Shown here: in pieces, positions 23,701 to 35,700 of the stretch
How the letters are laid out: each line of letters begins with the position of its first letter
Position numbering within the stretch: position 1 is the first letter of the stretch
NCBI GenBank assembly: GCA_002633005.1
Contig: NMRA01000224.1
Span: forward strand, 123,988-187,987
Reading direction: 5' to 3'
Length of the DNA stretch: 64,000 nt
Source of the DNA: Phoronis australis
Lineage: Eukaryota; Animalia; Phoronida
Notes under the pieces: model-generated
The model's input: the letters and a program-made list of their open reading frames with translations, nothing else
What the model was told of the DNA's origin: nothing
Databases searched by the model: none
Translations under genes and position numbers: made by a program

Positions 23701-26700
23701 TCCCTTGCTTGCTACCATCCTGACTCCTGGTGTTGTGTTTACAGCGTCATCAAAGGTGTCGGGGAGGTGGACCTGGACAACCCTCCCCCTGCTAAGCCTG
23801 TGGTCCCCCCGATAAATGACACCTGTCCATACCTGTTACTGGACATACGAGATAAAGATGCATTTGACGAGTGTCACATTATTTCAGGTAAGCTGTGAAC
23901 AGTGTAAAATAAATCTAATGACTAACGAGTTGCGAGTCTTGCATCTTGTTGTTTATTGTGTACTTAATGTTGCTATCATATGTATGATAGTATTAAATTA
24001 AATGCTTTCTACCTGGTGACTGCCTGGTGAAATGAACGTGGCACACATTTAACCTTGAAAAGAAATGTTGGACTTGAACTCAGTTGATTTACAAATCAAA
24101 ATAAATATTCAGTTTCTGGACTTACTGTAATCTATGCTGATGATGAGATATAGCATTCCCATCTTGGAGACTTCTACAGATTGACACAGTTGATTTGTTT
24201 CTTGAAGAGTCCTAAAGGAGTTCAATCCATGTTCTATTTTCACCAGTGACTGAAGCATTCTGTAACCTAACCAGTCTCTGTCAATGTAACTATTGGTTAT
24301 TTGTATGTTCTCAATTTTTTTGTTTTAATGTTCTCCCTCTTCTGTGTACAGCTCTGAACTTCCCATCGGCGATACTCTCCAGATCTTGCAACTACGAAAC
24401 AAAGGAGCTGTTGACCTATGTATCCTTTTTAAACCAAGTGTTTGGTCTTCGAAACAATTCAATGTGGTGATCAGAAGTTAAGTATACAGCTAACGCCATC
24501 TATTGAGAAATAAAACTGACTGCGATTTTCTCATTTGAGCAGGTTCAGCTATTGTCTGAGTACAACTTGAAAGCACAAAATGACATGACGACCAGTACGT
24601 TGTCCATGGCAACAATAATTGAATGATTGCTTGTAAGGTTAAGTCTAGATCGCAGGCAAGTTTTTATTTTGGAAATGCGACAATCTGAAGGTTCTTTAGT
24701 ACATTATTAAGTCATGTCTTTTACAAAGTTCTTATTGTTGAACAGTTGTAATAAATTATTAGAACACATGCATGTCTATCAATCTAGAAAATTAAGTTAT
24801 TTTAATTTCATGTATTTCCTTATATACTATCAGAAAAACCAACCTGGTAAAATAATAATGGTTTATGATGAAGATGAAAGAATAGCTCACAAGTCTGCCA
24901 CGACACTGGTGGAGAGAGGATACGATAACTTGTTTATGTTATCAGGAGGTGAGTGAATCGAACCAATTCATTGTGGCTCATTCAGGGAGTGGAAACAGTC
25001 CAGGGCTCTGACCTACGAATATTCTGGGCAGACCACTAAATCCGACACTGCAGCTAGTGTCCACGATCAAAGATCACAGTTTTCTGTTAGGAACTTAATC
25101 CCGATCCTTACACAGGTTAAAGTTGTTATTGGGCTTTGGATTGAGTTGGTGTTATTGCTTGAGGGTATGCTTGATACATGAAATGATCTTACAAGGTCGA
25201 GTTTAGATGGTGGTCTCAGTTTTAAGAAGCAACTAACTGTCTGCTCTTCTCAAACCCAGAAATTAATTTTAACGTTAGTACGAAACAAGTTGGTACCAGT
25301 TTTATAAGTTGAATAAACATCCTAAATCATAAATTAGATTTTCATAGATGCCAAGTGTATAGCATGTCGAGCAATGATTAGTAATCATGTTTATAGCGGC
25401 TTTAACACTGGTAGGTTGACAATGAGTAATTTACATATTGTCGAGCAGTGATTAGTAATCATGTTTATAGCGTCTTTAACACTGGTAGGTTGACATTGAG
25501 TAATTTACATATTGTCGAGCAGTGAATAGTAATCATGCTTATAGCATCTTGAACATTCGCAGGTAGACAATGGGTAATTAACATATTATCAAGCAGACAA
25601 GCAGTGATTAGTTATGTTTAAACAGTTATCTCTTTGGGGAGGCGTGCAATGACCTATAACTACTTCATTCAAAATATAATTATTCTCTCTAGTGCTTGCT
25701 ATTCTGCCATCCTGGCTTCACTATTGCTGTATTTTATTTGAAGGTCTCAAGCTAGCATATAAACTGTTTCCCACGGGCCTCATCACAGGCACGGTGCCCC
25801 TCACAATAAAGGGAGGCAAGCCGCCCAAGGAGAGGGTGCGCGCTTCACAGACTCACTTCACTGGTGCAGACATAGAGAACTTGTATGTGAACATTGAGGA
25901 GGCCACGAGGGATAAGAGTACAGCAAGTGAGTGACACCTAGCTAAAGTTGTGTTCTGGAACAATTCTGTAACTCTTTCATATGACGGATTATGGCTGCAC
26001 TTCATAGACGCAAGGATTTTGTGAGTAAAGTTAACATGTTCACAGAGTAGGCAGTGTGGCTGAGTGGGAGTGTCTACTTCCTGTACTCAAGGTCGTATAT
26101 TTAGTCTCACTGTGACACACTGCTGCAGCATAAAAATGGTTTCAGGGCATCAGTGCAATGAGCCCTCCCGAGCGCCCTCTGCAAGACCGTCTGCAATTAT
26201 TTTTTTAATGCGTTTACATTCTTCGCTCATATTGTGTGGCAATATCTCGCGTAGGTCTGCATGAGATCTTGGATTTTCGAGAGATTCTCGCATCTATGGA
26301 ATGCGGGTTCAGTACAACACATGCTTGAGAACAAATGCATTAAAACTGCTGCACATTTGAGCAAAGTAAGACATGATGGACAAATCTCTTTTTCTCATAT
26401 AATGGTAACTTAGCGTCATGTGAATGGTTCACTATATTCAAGTTCTCAGTGTTCTGAAGTTACCCAGAGATTACATGTTGTGGACAGACCCAGTATGAAA
26501 ATTGAAGAAAGGCAATAATTATTAATTTTAAATTTATACAAAATTAGTGAGATTTCATTGTCGGTAGCAACCATGATTTTGAACTCCTTAACCTGAAAAT
26601 TATCATCTTGGCAGCAAGTGAATCCTAATTTTGGTGAAGTCTGTTAATGCCTATTTTTATTTCCTTGTCCAAATTGTGTCATCTACTGCCATGACACATC

Positions 26701-27128
26701 ATCACTAAACATGCGAATATATGTGCATGGTTAGTACACATTTTGTAAAATAATGCAAATATGTTTACCATTAAATATAATAGGCCTAAAAGTTTCCCCC
26801 GAGTCTTTTAAGCCCGTTGTGAGACGAAAGCACAGACAGACAAATGTGAAGTAACCATGTTCACTTGATAAATATGAAATGGCCTCTTATAACATAATTT
26901 CATTGTACGCCAGTCATCATTTGTAGTCAAAACTACGAGTAACGTTGTTATAGTGTGGCTACCATATTATTAATAATTGTTTCAGCCCGGCTCAGCAATG
27001 CTTCAACTGTGTCGAGCCGAATGTCAGGCAATGCCAGCCAGATGAGCAGCAGGGCCCCGTCAACTGCTCGCTCGTCCATGTCCAATGCATCCAGCTCAAC
27101 AATTACAGGCCGTGCACCGTTTAAATAA
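5747..27128 (+). CDS. CEP41: Centrosomal protein 41 kDa (rhodanese-like domain, ciliary), 342 aa. Coding exons: 5747-5785 (less certain), 10712-10775, 11276-11323, 20333-20428, 23466-23595, 23745-23887, 24352-24419, 24834-24948, 25744-25926, 26986-27128
   Basis: Exons sum to 1029 nt in one open frame. Motifs [94 protein letters not shown] and C-terminal APFK* match CEP41 as recalled. Exon 1 ([13 protein letters not shown]|GTATGT, phase 0) was chosen on phase, donor quality and an adjacent RFX-like motif. Confidence 0.92.
6048..8911. mobile_element. Kolobok-like MITE with ~200-bp TIRs, interrupted by a nested element and partly duplicated
   Basis: Left end TTAA|AGGGTGTTTCACTTCA. 6048-6250 is the reverse complement of ~8698-8911. 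The core plus part of the right TIR occurs twice (6252-6446 and 8566-8759). Confidence 0.75.
6447..8566 (+). mobile_element. Non-autonomous hAT-like element (2.1 kb) with possible decayed transposase 5' remnant
   Basis: Perfect 13-bp TIRs CAGTGTTCTCCAC / GTGGAGAACACTG and GCRWCCWGTTT-like subterminal repeats at both ends. Internally there is a promoter-like cluster (TGACGTCA 7349, TCACGTGA 7409, TCTCGCG) followed by a broken frame [18 protein letters not shown]...[10 protein letters not shown] resembling a hAT transposase N-terminus/zinc finger (inference). Confidence 0.7.
9443..9551. mobile_element. ~110-bp palindromic MITE, copy 1 of 3
   Basis: Hairpin CAATAGT..ATATAAC..TTTTGAGAA / TTCTCAAAA..TTATAT..ACCATTACC; homologous to 58966-59075 and 60367-60476. 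Confidence 0.75.
11870..13618. mobile_element. Non-autonomous hAT-like element with a 5-bp TSD (hAT5-like); spans an assembly gap
   Basis: TIRs CAGGGCTCGAC / GTCGAGCCCTG, AGCAT on both flanks, and arrays of TGCGACCTG/TGCGAGCTG subterminal repeats at both ends. Confidence 0.85.
12894..13294. other. Assembly gap
   Basis: Run of N. Confidence 1.
15566..15725. repeat. 17-bp minisatellite (CAGTCAATACATTACAC) x ~9
   Basis: Perfect tandem copies read directly. Confidence 0.97.
16252..16367. repeat. Second array of the same 17-bp minisatellite, x ~7
   Basis: Same unit as 15566-15725. Confidence 0.97.
17170..17322. mobile_element. 153-bp MITE with a 3-bp CAG TSD (PIF/Harbinger-like)
   Basis: Imperfect TIRs GGCTGGGTTAAATAAAA / TTTTATGCAACTGGACC. 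A local duplicate at ~17422-17495 keeps the empty site TGACACCAGCAGTTCTTGTACA. Confidence 0.7.
19512..19608 (+). CDS. Candidate alternative first coding exon of CEP41 ([32 protein letters not shown])
   Basis: ATG in good context (ggcATGG), 32 open codons, and a phase-1 donor AG|GTTTGT that matches the phase of the exon at 20333 (gives ...[13 protein letters not shown]). No transcript evidence. Confidence 0.45.
20350..20682 (+). repeat. 110-bp tandem repeat x3 made of the 3' part of CEP41 exon 4 plus its donor
   Basis: The unit AATGAACTG...GTTTG|GTAAGTGTTG...CCTTG recurs at 20350, 20460 and 20570. Confidence 0.95.
21889..22584. mobile_element. Interspersed repeat, Helentron/HINE- or Crypton-like non-autonomous element; spans a gap
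   Basis: Begins TTATTACTTGGCGG, followed by a T-rich/GTTT tract, a CCGATTTTCACGAAATTTGCACA-type core and an AAAATGGCGG..GCCATTTT hairpin; ends TAGTT after the gap. Family assignment is inference. Confidence 0.5.
22161..22579. other. Assembly gap
   Basis: Run of N. Confidence 1.
24420..24833 (+). other. U12-type (minor spliceosome) GT-AG intron in CEP41
   Basis: 5' splice site GTATCCTTT is the U12 consensus. A branch-like TTTCCTTATA lies at 24815-24824, just before CAG. Phase 0 joins ELLTY|KNQPGK. Confidence 0.85.
25366..25610. repeat. ~75-bp tandem repeat x3
   Basis: GTCGAGCAGTGATTAGTAATCATGTTTATAGCG...TAATTTACATATT repeated. Confidence 0.9.
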
Positions 27129-28701
27129 CAATGTCATGAGAGCGAGATGCTGTTGTCGTGGTCATTCTTACCCATGCTAGTGCTGGGGACAATCTTGTAG
27201 CGCCCTCTGGTGACTACCACAGACAATTGTCGCCATCACGTCATATGCTGTTGGCAATTCAGCATTATAACTAAATGTACTGCAGCTGTAAAAGTGCAAA
27301 CATGTGAAATGTTGTTTTCACTCTGTTATGGTCATTGTAACCTCGTTAGCTGAATGCTGTTTTCATGATACGACAGTCATTTGCTCTGACAAAAACTTGA
27401 AAAAATTGGACGTCATTTCAAACATGAAACATTGGAATAATGAAAGAAGTTTTAGACATATATTTAGCTTCAAAAATAGAAAATTCTTGCCTATAGTAAG
27501 CGTGACATAAGAATAGACAATAAAAATTAAAAACTGCTGACGAAATGTATTTAAAAGATGCTAAAGATAGCTATAATCAGTTGACAAAATCAACAAATAT
27601 GTGAGACAAAGACCTACTAATATTCATTCATAATTCAACAACCTTTAACACGAAAGGCACAAGTTTTGCGAAAAGAAACTTGAGCAAAATGTTTGTAAAC
27701 ATTTGTTCCGCGTTTTGCCCCCTACCTGAGACTTTACTATATTTTAACCGACACTCTTTCAGACTGAAAGTAGCTGAACAAATCCACGAGGTCTATAGAA
27801 ATACTGCTTCTATTTTCCACATTGCACTCGATAGCTCTCAGCTACTCTAGAGAATAATGACTTCGTTTTGCAAATTCGAATACTGCTGGTTATTCATCTC
27901 CAATCCATTTTGTGTAGCAGTCACTCAACTCCGCACTGGTGTGTTCATGTTGTGACTTGAACAATATTTTTATAATTAGCTGAACATTGCAAATGATATT
28001 ATTGAACAAAGCCTCGTTTAGTTTGAAGGACTTGCGTTCTCCTTCAAAATTTTCCCCTCAGATGGGTAGGTCAGTGTGCTGAATATTGTTTTCGCACTTA
28101 TTGTCCGGGCATGCTCATTTCTGCCGCCAAAGTTGTTTGAGAAACACTTCTTTCGTTTCATTTCAAGTAATTGTTTCGAGTTGCGCACGTATTTTTGCCA
28201 TTAGTCGTGCAATGGTAAACAAATAACTGTCATTGTGCAATCATCAATTTAAAGCAGGTATTGTCATAATGAAGATTCAATCAGCAGTTACTGTCTTATT
28301 GCTCAGCACTTCGTCCACTATTTATAGTAACTTAACTAAATTTCTGAATATGTTATCAAAATGAATTGAATTAGTGTATAATAAAACCTTGTGTTATTTT
28401 GTAGCTCCTTACTAAGTATAGATTCTACAATGTTGGATATGTGGTCACTCAAATGTATTTTGGACATGTTTTATATATAATAAAAACTTGTTGACTGTAT
28501 TTTGTGCTGTTGAGTTACTCTAGTTACTGTATTTGATGTTAAGACGTGCCCATTAGGTGGCGCTGAAGTGTTGCTAAACAAGGAATATTCTTGTTGACAA
28601 GAACCTTTATGATCAAGGTAAAAGAAATTGGTATATATACCAATGATAGATGTTCACCATGACATGATGTACTTTGTACAACTATAGCAGCAGGTGCCTA
28701 G

Positions 28702-28855
28702 CAGCGTTCGAAAGATGTTGGCCCAGTGTCATGGTACTAGTGGATTTGTCGCTGGGCCAGTAACTTTAAAAGTTAACTTGGCACCCGGACCAGTAAATTT
28801 TCAGACTAACTGGATTACCGGGCCAGCACATTTCTTTGCTGAAGTTCAAACACTG
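28702..28855. mobile_element. 154-bp hAT-type MITE with 8-bp TSD
   Basis: TIRs CAGCGTTCGAA / TTCAAACACTG; flanks GTGCCTAG and GTGTCTAG (7/8); internal GG(A/G)CCAGT repeats. Confidence 0.75.
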
Positions 28856-29797
28856 GTGTCTAGTCTCAAACTGTGGGCGATAGACAATGATTTTAATATC
28901 AGATCTTTAAAAAAAGTTGGCATGTGATAAGACACAGAAATAATAGGTTGTATCTAATTTGCAAATTACTTCATCCCTCAAATTGGTGTGTGAATCACAT
29001 CCTAAAGATGTTTACGAAAAGCTCTCAAGTCTAAAAAACAATAATAATTTTATAGAGTTTCAGAAATCTTTATTTTTAAAACGAGACTCCGTCACATTGA
29101 TTTGTGTTTTGATAACTCATTAGTTCTATTTTAACAGTAAAAGATTCAAATATTTTGTCGAACATGTCCCTAAACACCTGGAGGACACCTGGGGCGTAGC
29201 TCTGGACGGCTAGTGTATGATCCTCTTTGTTAGACAGCTGAACACCCCTAGCTGTCCTTCACACATCCAGGCACCTTATCGAACCCGCCTCCTTGTTGAG
29301 TTCCACCTCTTCATTGAAGCCCGCCTCCCGATTGCTGATCATTCAACATGATATTTGAGTCTGGAAGACAGTGTAGACTCAACGTTGCATTGCAGAACTG
29401 TCTTGGATGGAATTCTCCTCTTCGTGGAGGTACATAAATGCATCATACGATTTTATTTTGAAATGTCCGGCGCTTCTGAGTGAGTCGGGCAAGTGAAGAA
29501 CATCACATTATTATACGTTATGGCTGATGTATTTCAAGACGGGGACACCAGTTTCTGCAACAATGTAACCATCACAACTGAAAACTTGGCAAGTAGTCGT
29601 CCCTAACTGATGGAAGGCGGGTTATATTCAAATGTGGGCGCTATAGAGAAACATGCCAGTTAAATCCATCTCAATGTGATCCAGGTGGGAAGTCATTCAG
29701 GCATTTTTATTTCCCGGACAAATCGGCTAACACCCGCTCCAAAAGATGAGCACCTTTAGCGTGACGATTTTAATCGCGACTCGTGACAGTGAAATTG

Positions 29798-32700
29798 TCA
29801 CGAGCCCAGTTCTTCATCTGAGCTGGTCTCTACGACCACGTCTCCCTCACACTGTATCAAGTCATCCCAATATTCGGAGTCACTACTTGTCGTCGTATCC
29901 ACATCAACACCAGCGGCACATAACACTTCACCATCTTTAGATGATACAAAAGGACTAGACAGACGAGCACCATTTACAGGACAAGCGTTTAGTATCGCGC
30001 CATCATCCTGACCATGTGCAATGTTACTCACATCTACACGTCCTTTATCTGAACAATTCATGGCACATAAGAGTTCATCTTCTTTACACGACGGTTGTAT
30101 AATCCCTTCCTCTCGCCCTTGAGTACTGTAAAGGACATTTGACTGCTCAACATCTTGTTCATACAATGACTCGGGATTGAGCAGAACAGCACTGCTCACA
30201 CAACAAGAGTTGAGCACAGTTTCACCTTGAGCAGGGTTAATGTTAAAGGTACTTGTTGAGTCCGTATCATCTTCCTCATGTGATTGCTCAACACAAGACT
30301 TAAGAACACTGTTAACAGGACAAGCCTGTATCATACCTTCCCCTATAGCGTGGCGATTAATAGCTACACTTGAAATGTCTGCATCAGCAATGGCACGGTA
30401 CGCTTCAACTCCTTCACACGATGGCGCCTGATATGACAAAACAGCACTGTTCATAGGGCAAGCCTGCATCAGGCTTCCCTCTTGAGCATTGTAAATATTG
30501 TTGCGATCACTGGCACGTAAATCTTCCTCCTCTGATATGCACAGCATGCCAGAGTTGTCCGATGCAATGTCTGCAGAAATAATGGAAGTATGGACGGTGT
30601 CACTTTGTGACTTACACAACACATCTGATTCCCTGTCTTCACACTTCTCTTGGTCATCATCAGCTGTAGTCACTGAGTGCTTTGTAATATCATCAACAGA
30701 TGGAGCTGGTTGTTTATCAGCTGACGATATGCAGGCCCTATATCCAGCACACAGAACCCCACGCGGTTCTGTTTCACTCGCGCCCTCCGACACTGTTACT
30801 GGTTGTGTATTGTATGGAAGACATGTAGTGCAGTTCTCGGTGCCAGATTCACGACCTGTCGTCAACACCAGTACACTGTCGCTAGGTAAGCAGTTACCTC
30901 TAGGCTCGCTGTTCCTGTCTGCTAATAAAAGTGTATCACTGTCATGGCCACTGTCAATCACAGGACTGTCCTCAGCAGGTGTCTCCACCTGCAATGAGTT
31001 GCCATGCAGTGATGGTACAGCTCGTTCATGGCTGACATGATTGTCCACACAAGCTTCTCCATAAAACAGTGTCTTAGTACCCCCACACTGACTCTTTCGG
31101 GAGTTTGGTACAGATTTATCACTGGGCAATACCTCAGTAGAACCTTGACAGGGGTAACTGTCATTTTGAGCATGTGGAGCTTGTGTCATCTCTGTTTTAA
31201 CACTACTGAGTTTGTCTGGTAGAATGTCACTTTGATTGGATGCTGCCATCATGACAACACTGCTGAGTTCATCTGGTACACCATTTTGATTGGATGATGC
31301 CTGTATCATCTCCATGACAACACTACTGAGTTGATCAGGTAGACTGCAGCCAGTGTATGTGTTATTCTTGATACAGTACTTGAGCAGCTCAACCCAATGG
31401 ACATCCTACAATAGAAAACACTCATTGTTTAATAGCCATGTTGGCTTTGTGAGTACATATCACAGAATGTGAGAAGGTGTTGAAGTATTCTAGGATGTGG
31501 CTACATTCTCAGCCAGTACATGTGCACTCGTCAAACAAAACATTCACCAGGTGGCGCTAATCACACCTGAATGTGTTGGGAGCAGAACACAGTCCATCAG
31601 CATGGGGACACCTCTGGTCTAAGTATCCTACATGACTATCTGAATGCACGCATTTATACACAGGTAGAACAGTTGTCTCACTAACACAACCTCGTAAATT
31701 TAAAGTCACCCATTGCCAAAGCACTTCCCACTGCCTGTCACCACTTGTCACCAGACAAACCTTCATCCCACAGCAGCGCCTCATCGTCAGGGCTTGGAAT
31801 GACCAATGACAAAAAAGAGGGAAATTTTCCAGATGATGTATCATTCCACAAATAAATAGGCCTGTGTGATAAAAATACTTTTCGGGTTGTAAAAATTTAC
31901 AAAAATAAACGTTTCTGCATCAATAAAGTCAAAATAATAATAAAAAAGAGACGAAAGAAGGGGAAACTGGAAATCAAATACAAGGGAATCGAAACCAAAA
32001 AAGTGAGATATCCTCTTATAAGAGGTCTGCAGCATGCCTTGGTCCACACATTGTACTTGAAGGTTACGCATGACAAGGATACAATGACCTTTGACCCAAC
32101 TTGATTTTTTCAACCTAACTTGACAGTGACTACTTACATGGGACAGGAGATGTGGGTCCCCTACAATCACTAGCAGCGCCTGCGCCCTGGTGATACCCAC
32201 GTTGAATCTCTTGGGGTTACTCAAGAAGCCCAGGTTGTGCACCTGGTCAAAGGACAGAAGACTGGCAGAAGATCGCACCTGGAAATTAATGCATATTAAC
32301 CATTGGAAAATATCAATGTTTAGCTAAATTTAGAACATCATATTACATAAACAGCAAATCGGATTTGAATAAATTTGTCAGATACCCTGATTTGTGTACT
32401 TTTTTCCAACACGCTATTAGAAACTGACTCTAAAATGTTTTGTTTTCGTGTAAAGCACAATAAAAAATTGGATCTCACATAATTTCATGGGAAAAGTAAA
32501 GATTTTTAAAGTATAATTCTGAAAAAAGTGGTAATGTTTCCAAGAGTTCCTGTTGATTATTGTAATCATTTGCTACAAGTGTTCCTTTTTGTTTTGTCAA
32601 ATTACTCTATAAAGACAAGGCCATGGGATCAAATCAATTCCATTAATAACATCTAATCAGTCACGTTCTACTTTCAAAAAAGGAACATTTTTACTGGGTT

Positions 32701-35700
32701 TGTCATAGTTTTGAAGACATTTGGCTGAATGTACACACTTGGTGACACGGTTGTACTAACCTCAACATGCCAATTAATAACTCCCTCTATTGTCTAGTCA
32801 CAAAACCAGCTTACTTGCACTCTGATAGCTTTCAGCACATCGAATGACGACCACATCATTTCCAATTTACAATTGATACATTGCAAATTCCTCTAGTCAG
32901 AATTATAATTTATCTCGTTCAAAATATTTCTGACCTACAACCGATATCACCAAAATATCTCTAACATACAATTGATATCATCAAAACCCATTACAACTTA
33001 CGGTTGATATGATAATGACCAATCTCTCCTGACCTTGGAACTCTTCCACAGACCCTACTTTGACTTTATCCATCCCCAGGCGATCAATCAACAAACGAAT
33101 TTTCTCAACCTTAAATACACATTTAAAAAACATGAAGTGGTGAATCTATCAACATCAGGATGCAGTGCTCCTTTCTCATACGAGACAGATGCGTACAGTT
33201 ATCTCCCCTATACAGCGACCTACATATTAAGAGGACTACAGCGGGAACCAATCCAGTTATTGATACAGACCTCACGGACCAACCCAAAAAGAGTGCCACG
33301 AACTATTTCATCCCCCAGTTAGTTGTTTTTTTTTTCACAATCACGACACCATGAACAATATGTTTTCTGGAAACTGTAACATGTCAATAATAAAAATTCT
33401 AGTTAAAGCAATGAAAAACCAAATCATGTTTAAAGTGAAATGTTGACAACAAATGAGCCCTAACAAGTTATTTGTACTCCAGATGTACAAGACCAGAAAA
33501 ACTAAAGATGAAAAAAATTGGGTTAAGTTTTAATGACGTAGGGGGCAAAACAACTGGCTCAATGAATAAAGCAGTCAAAATGATAACTTGGTGATGAAAA
33601 TGTTTCACTCATATTTTCTGAAGTAATTTCAACTTTTTACAGACTAAGCTGAAATAAGTTGAACATGAAAGTATAGTTGCACAGTACAGCGTAAAATTCA
33701 AAATGTGCCGCAACTACAAAATTCCAGTTATCTGAGTCGCTGCATTGGATGTTCCCAAACCCAAACGTCAGCTTCAACTCTAAACACTGCAAACAAATGA
33801 GCCACAATTATAGTTTCCCTCACAGTGAGACCCAAACAAGGCTATAAGAGAACCCCACATTTTCTTAGTAGTATTAAATGGACCTTGTCTTTTTGTCATG
33901 TGAACGGAGTAAGAATAGATCAAATCTATTCACCTAAACGAGGACATTTGTGGACTAAAATTCCTAGTACGTGACTACCAGAATATCTTCACTTACAACA
34001 GCTTATTATTTTAAATGATTTATTCATACTAAAATGAAAAAGGCAAGAAATTTGATCTCAAGATTCAAAATTGGAGCCCTTGCATCTTGATATAGAGGTT
34101 CCTGCTCTGACCCCCTAAAAATTGAATTTTTTTAATGTCATTTTAATCGGAATCATGTCATAACAATCTGTTTTATACAATAGGTATGACCATTGTTTCA
34201 CTACTGACACCTGGAGACCGTTGAGCGTATCACAAGTTTTACCTACAGAAAGCTATACCTGTTTTCTGTAGGGTGTAATGATGCCAATGTCATCATGAGT
34301 CAGAGGATGACAGGTATTGTCAACAAGAGCCTGCAGGTAGGACACAACTTGGACGGCTTCAACAGCATTGAACCATGAAGGACTGTTACCTTCACGCAGG
34401 TCCTCTCCCTGCACAAAATTTGAATATTTGAAACGACACAATGAACAACAGTTTTGAAGACGGCAAACAATAACATGAGTGATAACATCACAACCAATGA
34501 TAAGCAGTGTCCAATTATAATAGTTTGTGTGCATTCCACTTGAACTCTCACTGTCGTATAATTTACAGTAACGTCACAATACAATACACAATCACTAAGT
34601 CCCTGACTAAATTCCTAAGGTTGAAAGTGCACTCCTCCTAAACAAAAAAGAAGAGTGCCAATGTGTCATTGACAGAAAGTAGGAAGGGAACAACTTGTCA
34701 AGCATTTGGAACAACTTGATCACAGCTACACCTAGTGGTCATTAGGTTCTGAGGATGGTTGCTGTAAGGAGAGGATCATGTCAAAGGTAATCAACTGAAC
34801 TGGTTGTGTCTCAAGAATTCATTCTCAATGTTTTAAGAATTTCATATATTATCCACCAATGACAACAACTCACATTGACACCATGGAATATCATTGGCCG
34901 GCCATTGCTAGGTAACATGTGCCAATCGCACAGACAGTGAGTCAGTTGACTGTCAGCCTTGTTGAGTAGTTCACCGTGATAGAAGAGCGTGGAAGGCAGC
35001 TCAAGTAACACAGGGTGACACCTGTAGTTATCCACCAACTTCGTCACCTAGGAAACGCATAGACTTCACAAGGTGAACAGTCAATTTCACTGCACTATTA
35101 CATTGCCATAGTAATAAGTAGTAACACTAGTACCAGACTGAGGTTTTAGACCTATTTGATATTATACTAAAAAATTTTGAACCGCGAAACTGACCAAACA
35201 TTACCGTCGTATCATGTTTTGATTATTTAGACATGGAAAACTAATAACGAAACTTGCACAGCATTGTGCCATTTATTAAGGTCTATGTAATGTTGAAGAA
35301 TGATATTGACCGAATACAACAGTACTGTACTGGACCTGTCTAGCTAATTATAAATGATAATTTAAAATTTGTGTTGGCAACATCATTGTCAGTATTAGTT
35401 ATTAACATCAATGTTTGTTTAGATTTATCACATATAAGCACCAGAAGGTAACTGACATGCTAGGAAGTTTTCCAACTCAAAAGGTCAAGAGCACTCCAAC
35501 TTCCAAGTCCTTGACCTTGGTAGCTCATTACGCAGATCAGTTTAATTAACACGTCAGATTTCGTCATTTAGACCCCACATCACTGTAATCCAATCAACAA
35601 CAGCACCACCTACCAGTAAAGGATCATAAGACCCATGATCAGCAAATTTAGCTTCATTCCTGGAGTAGAGAGTTCTGTTCATCAGTCTCTCCAGCAATGA

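Noticed and set aside
30240-31222. Plus-strand ORFs of 63-180 aa opposite the MOV10L1 tail
   Set aside because: Antisense shadows of coding sequence with no recognisable motifs.
29798-31315. 505-aa ORF as a stand-alone gene
   Set aside because: It is in frame with the upstream [11 protein letters not shown] segment and the acceptor at 31406, so it is the MOV10L1 last exon.
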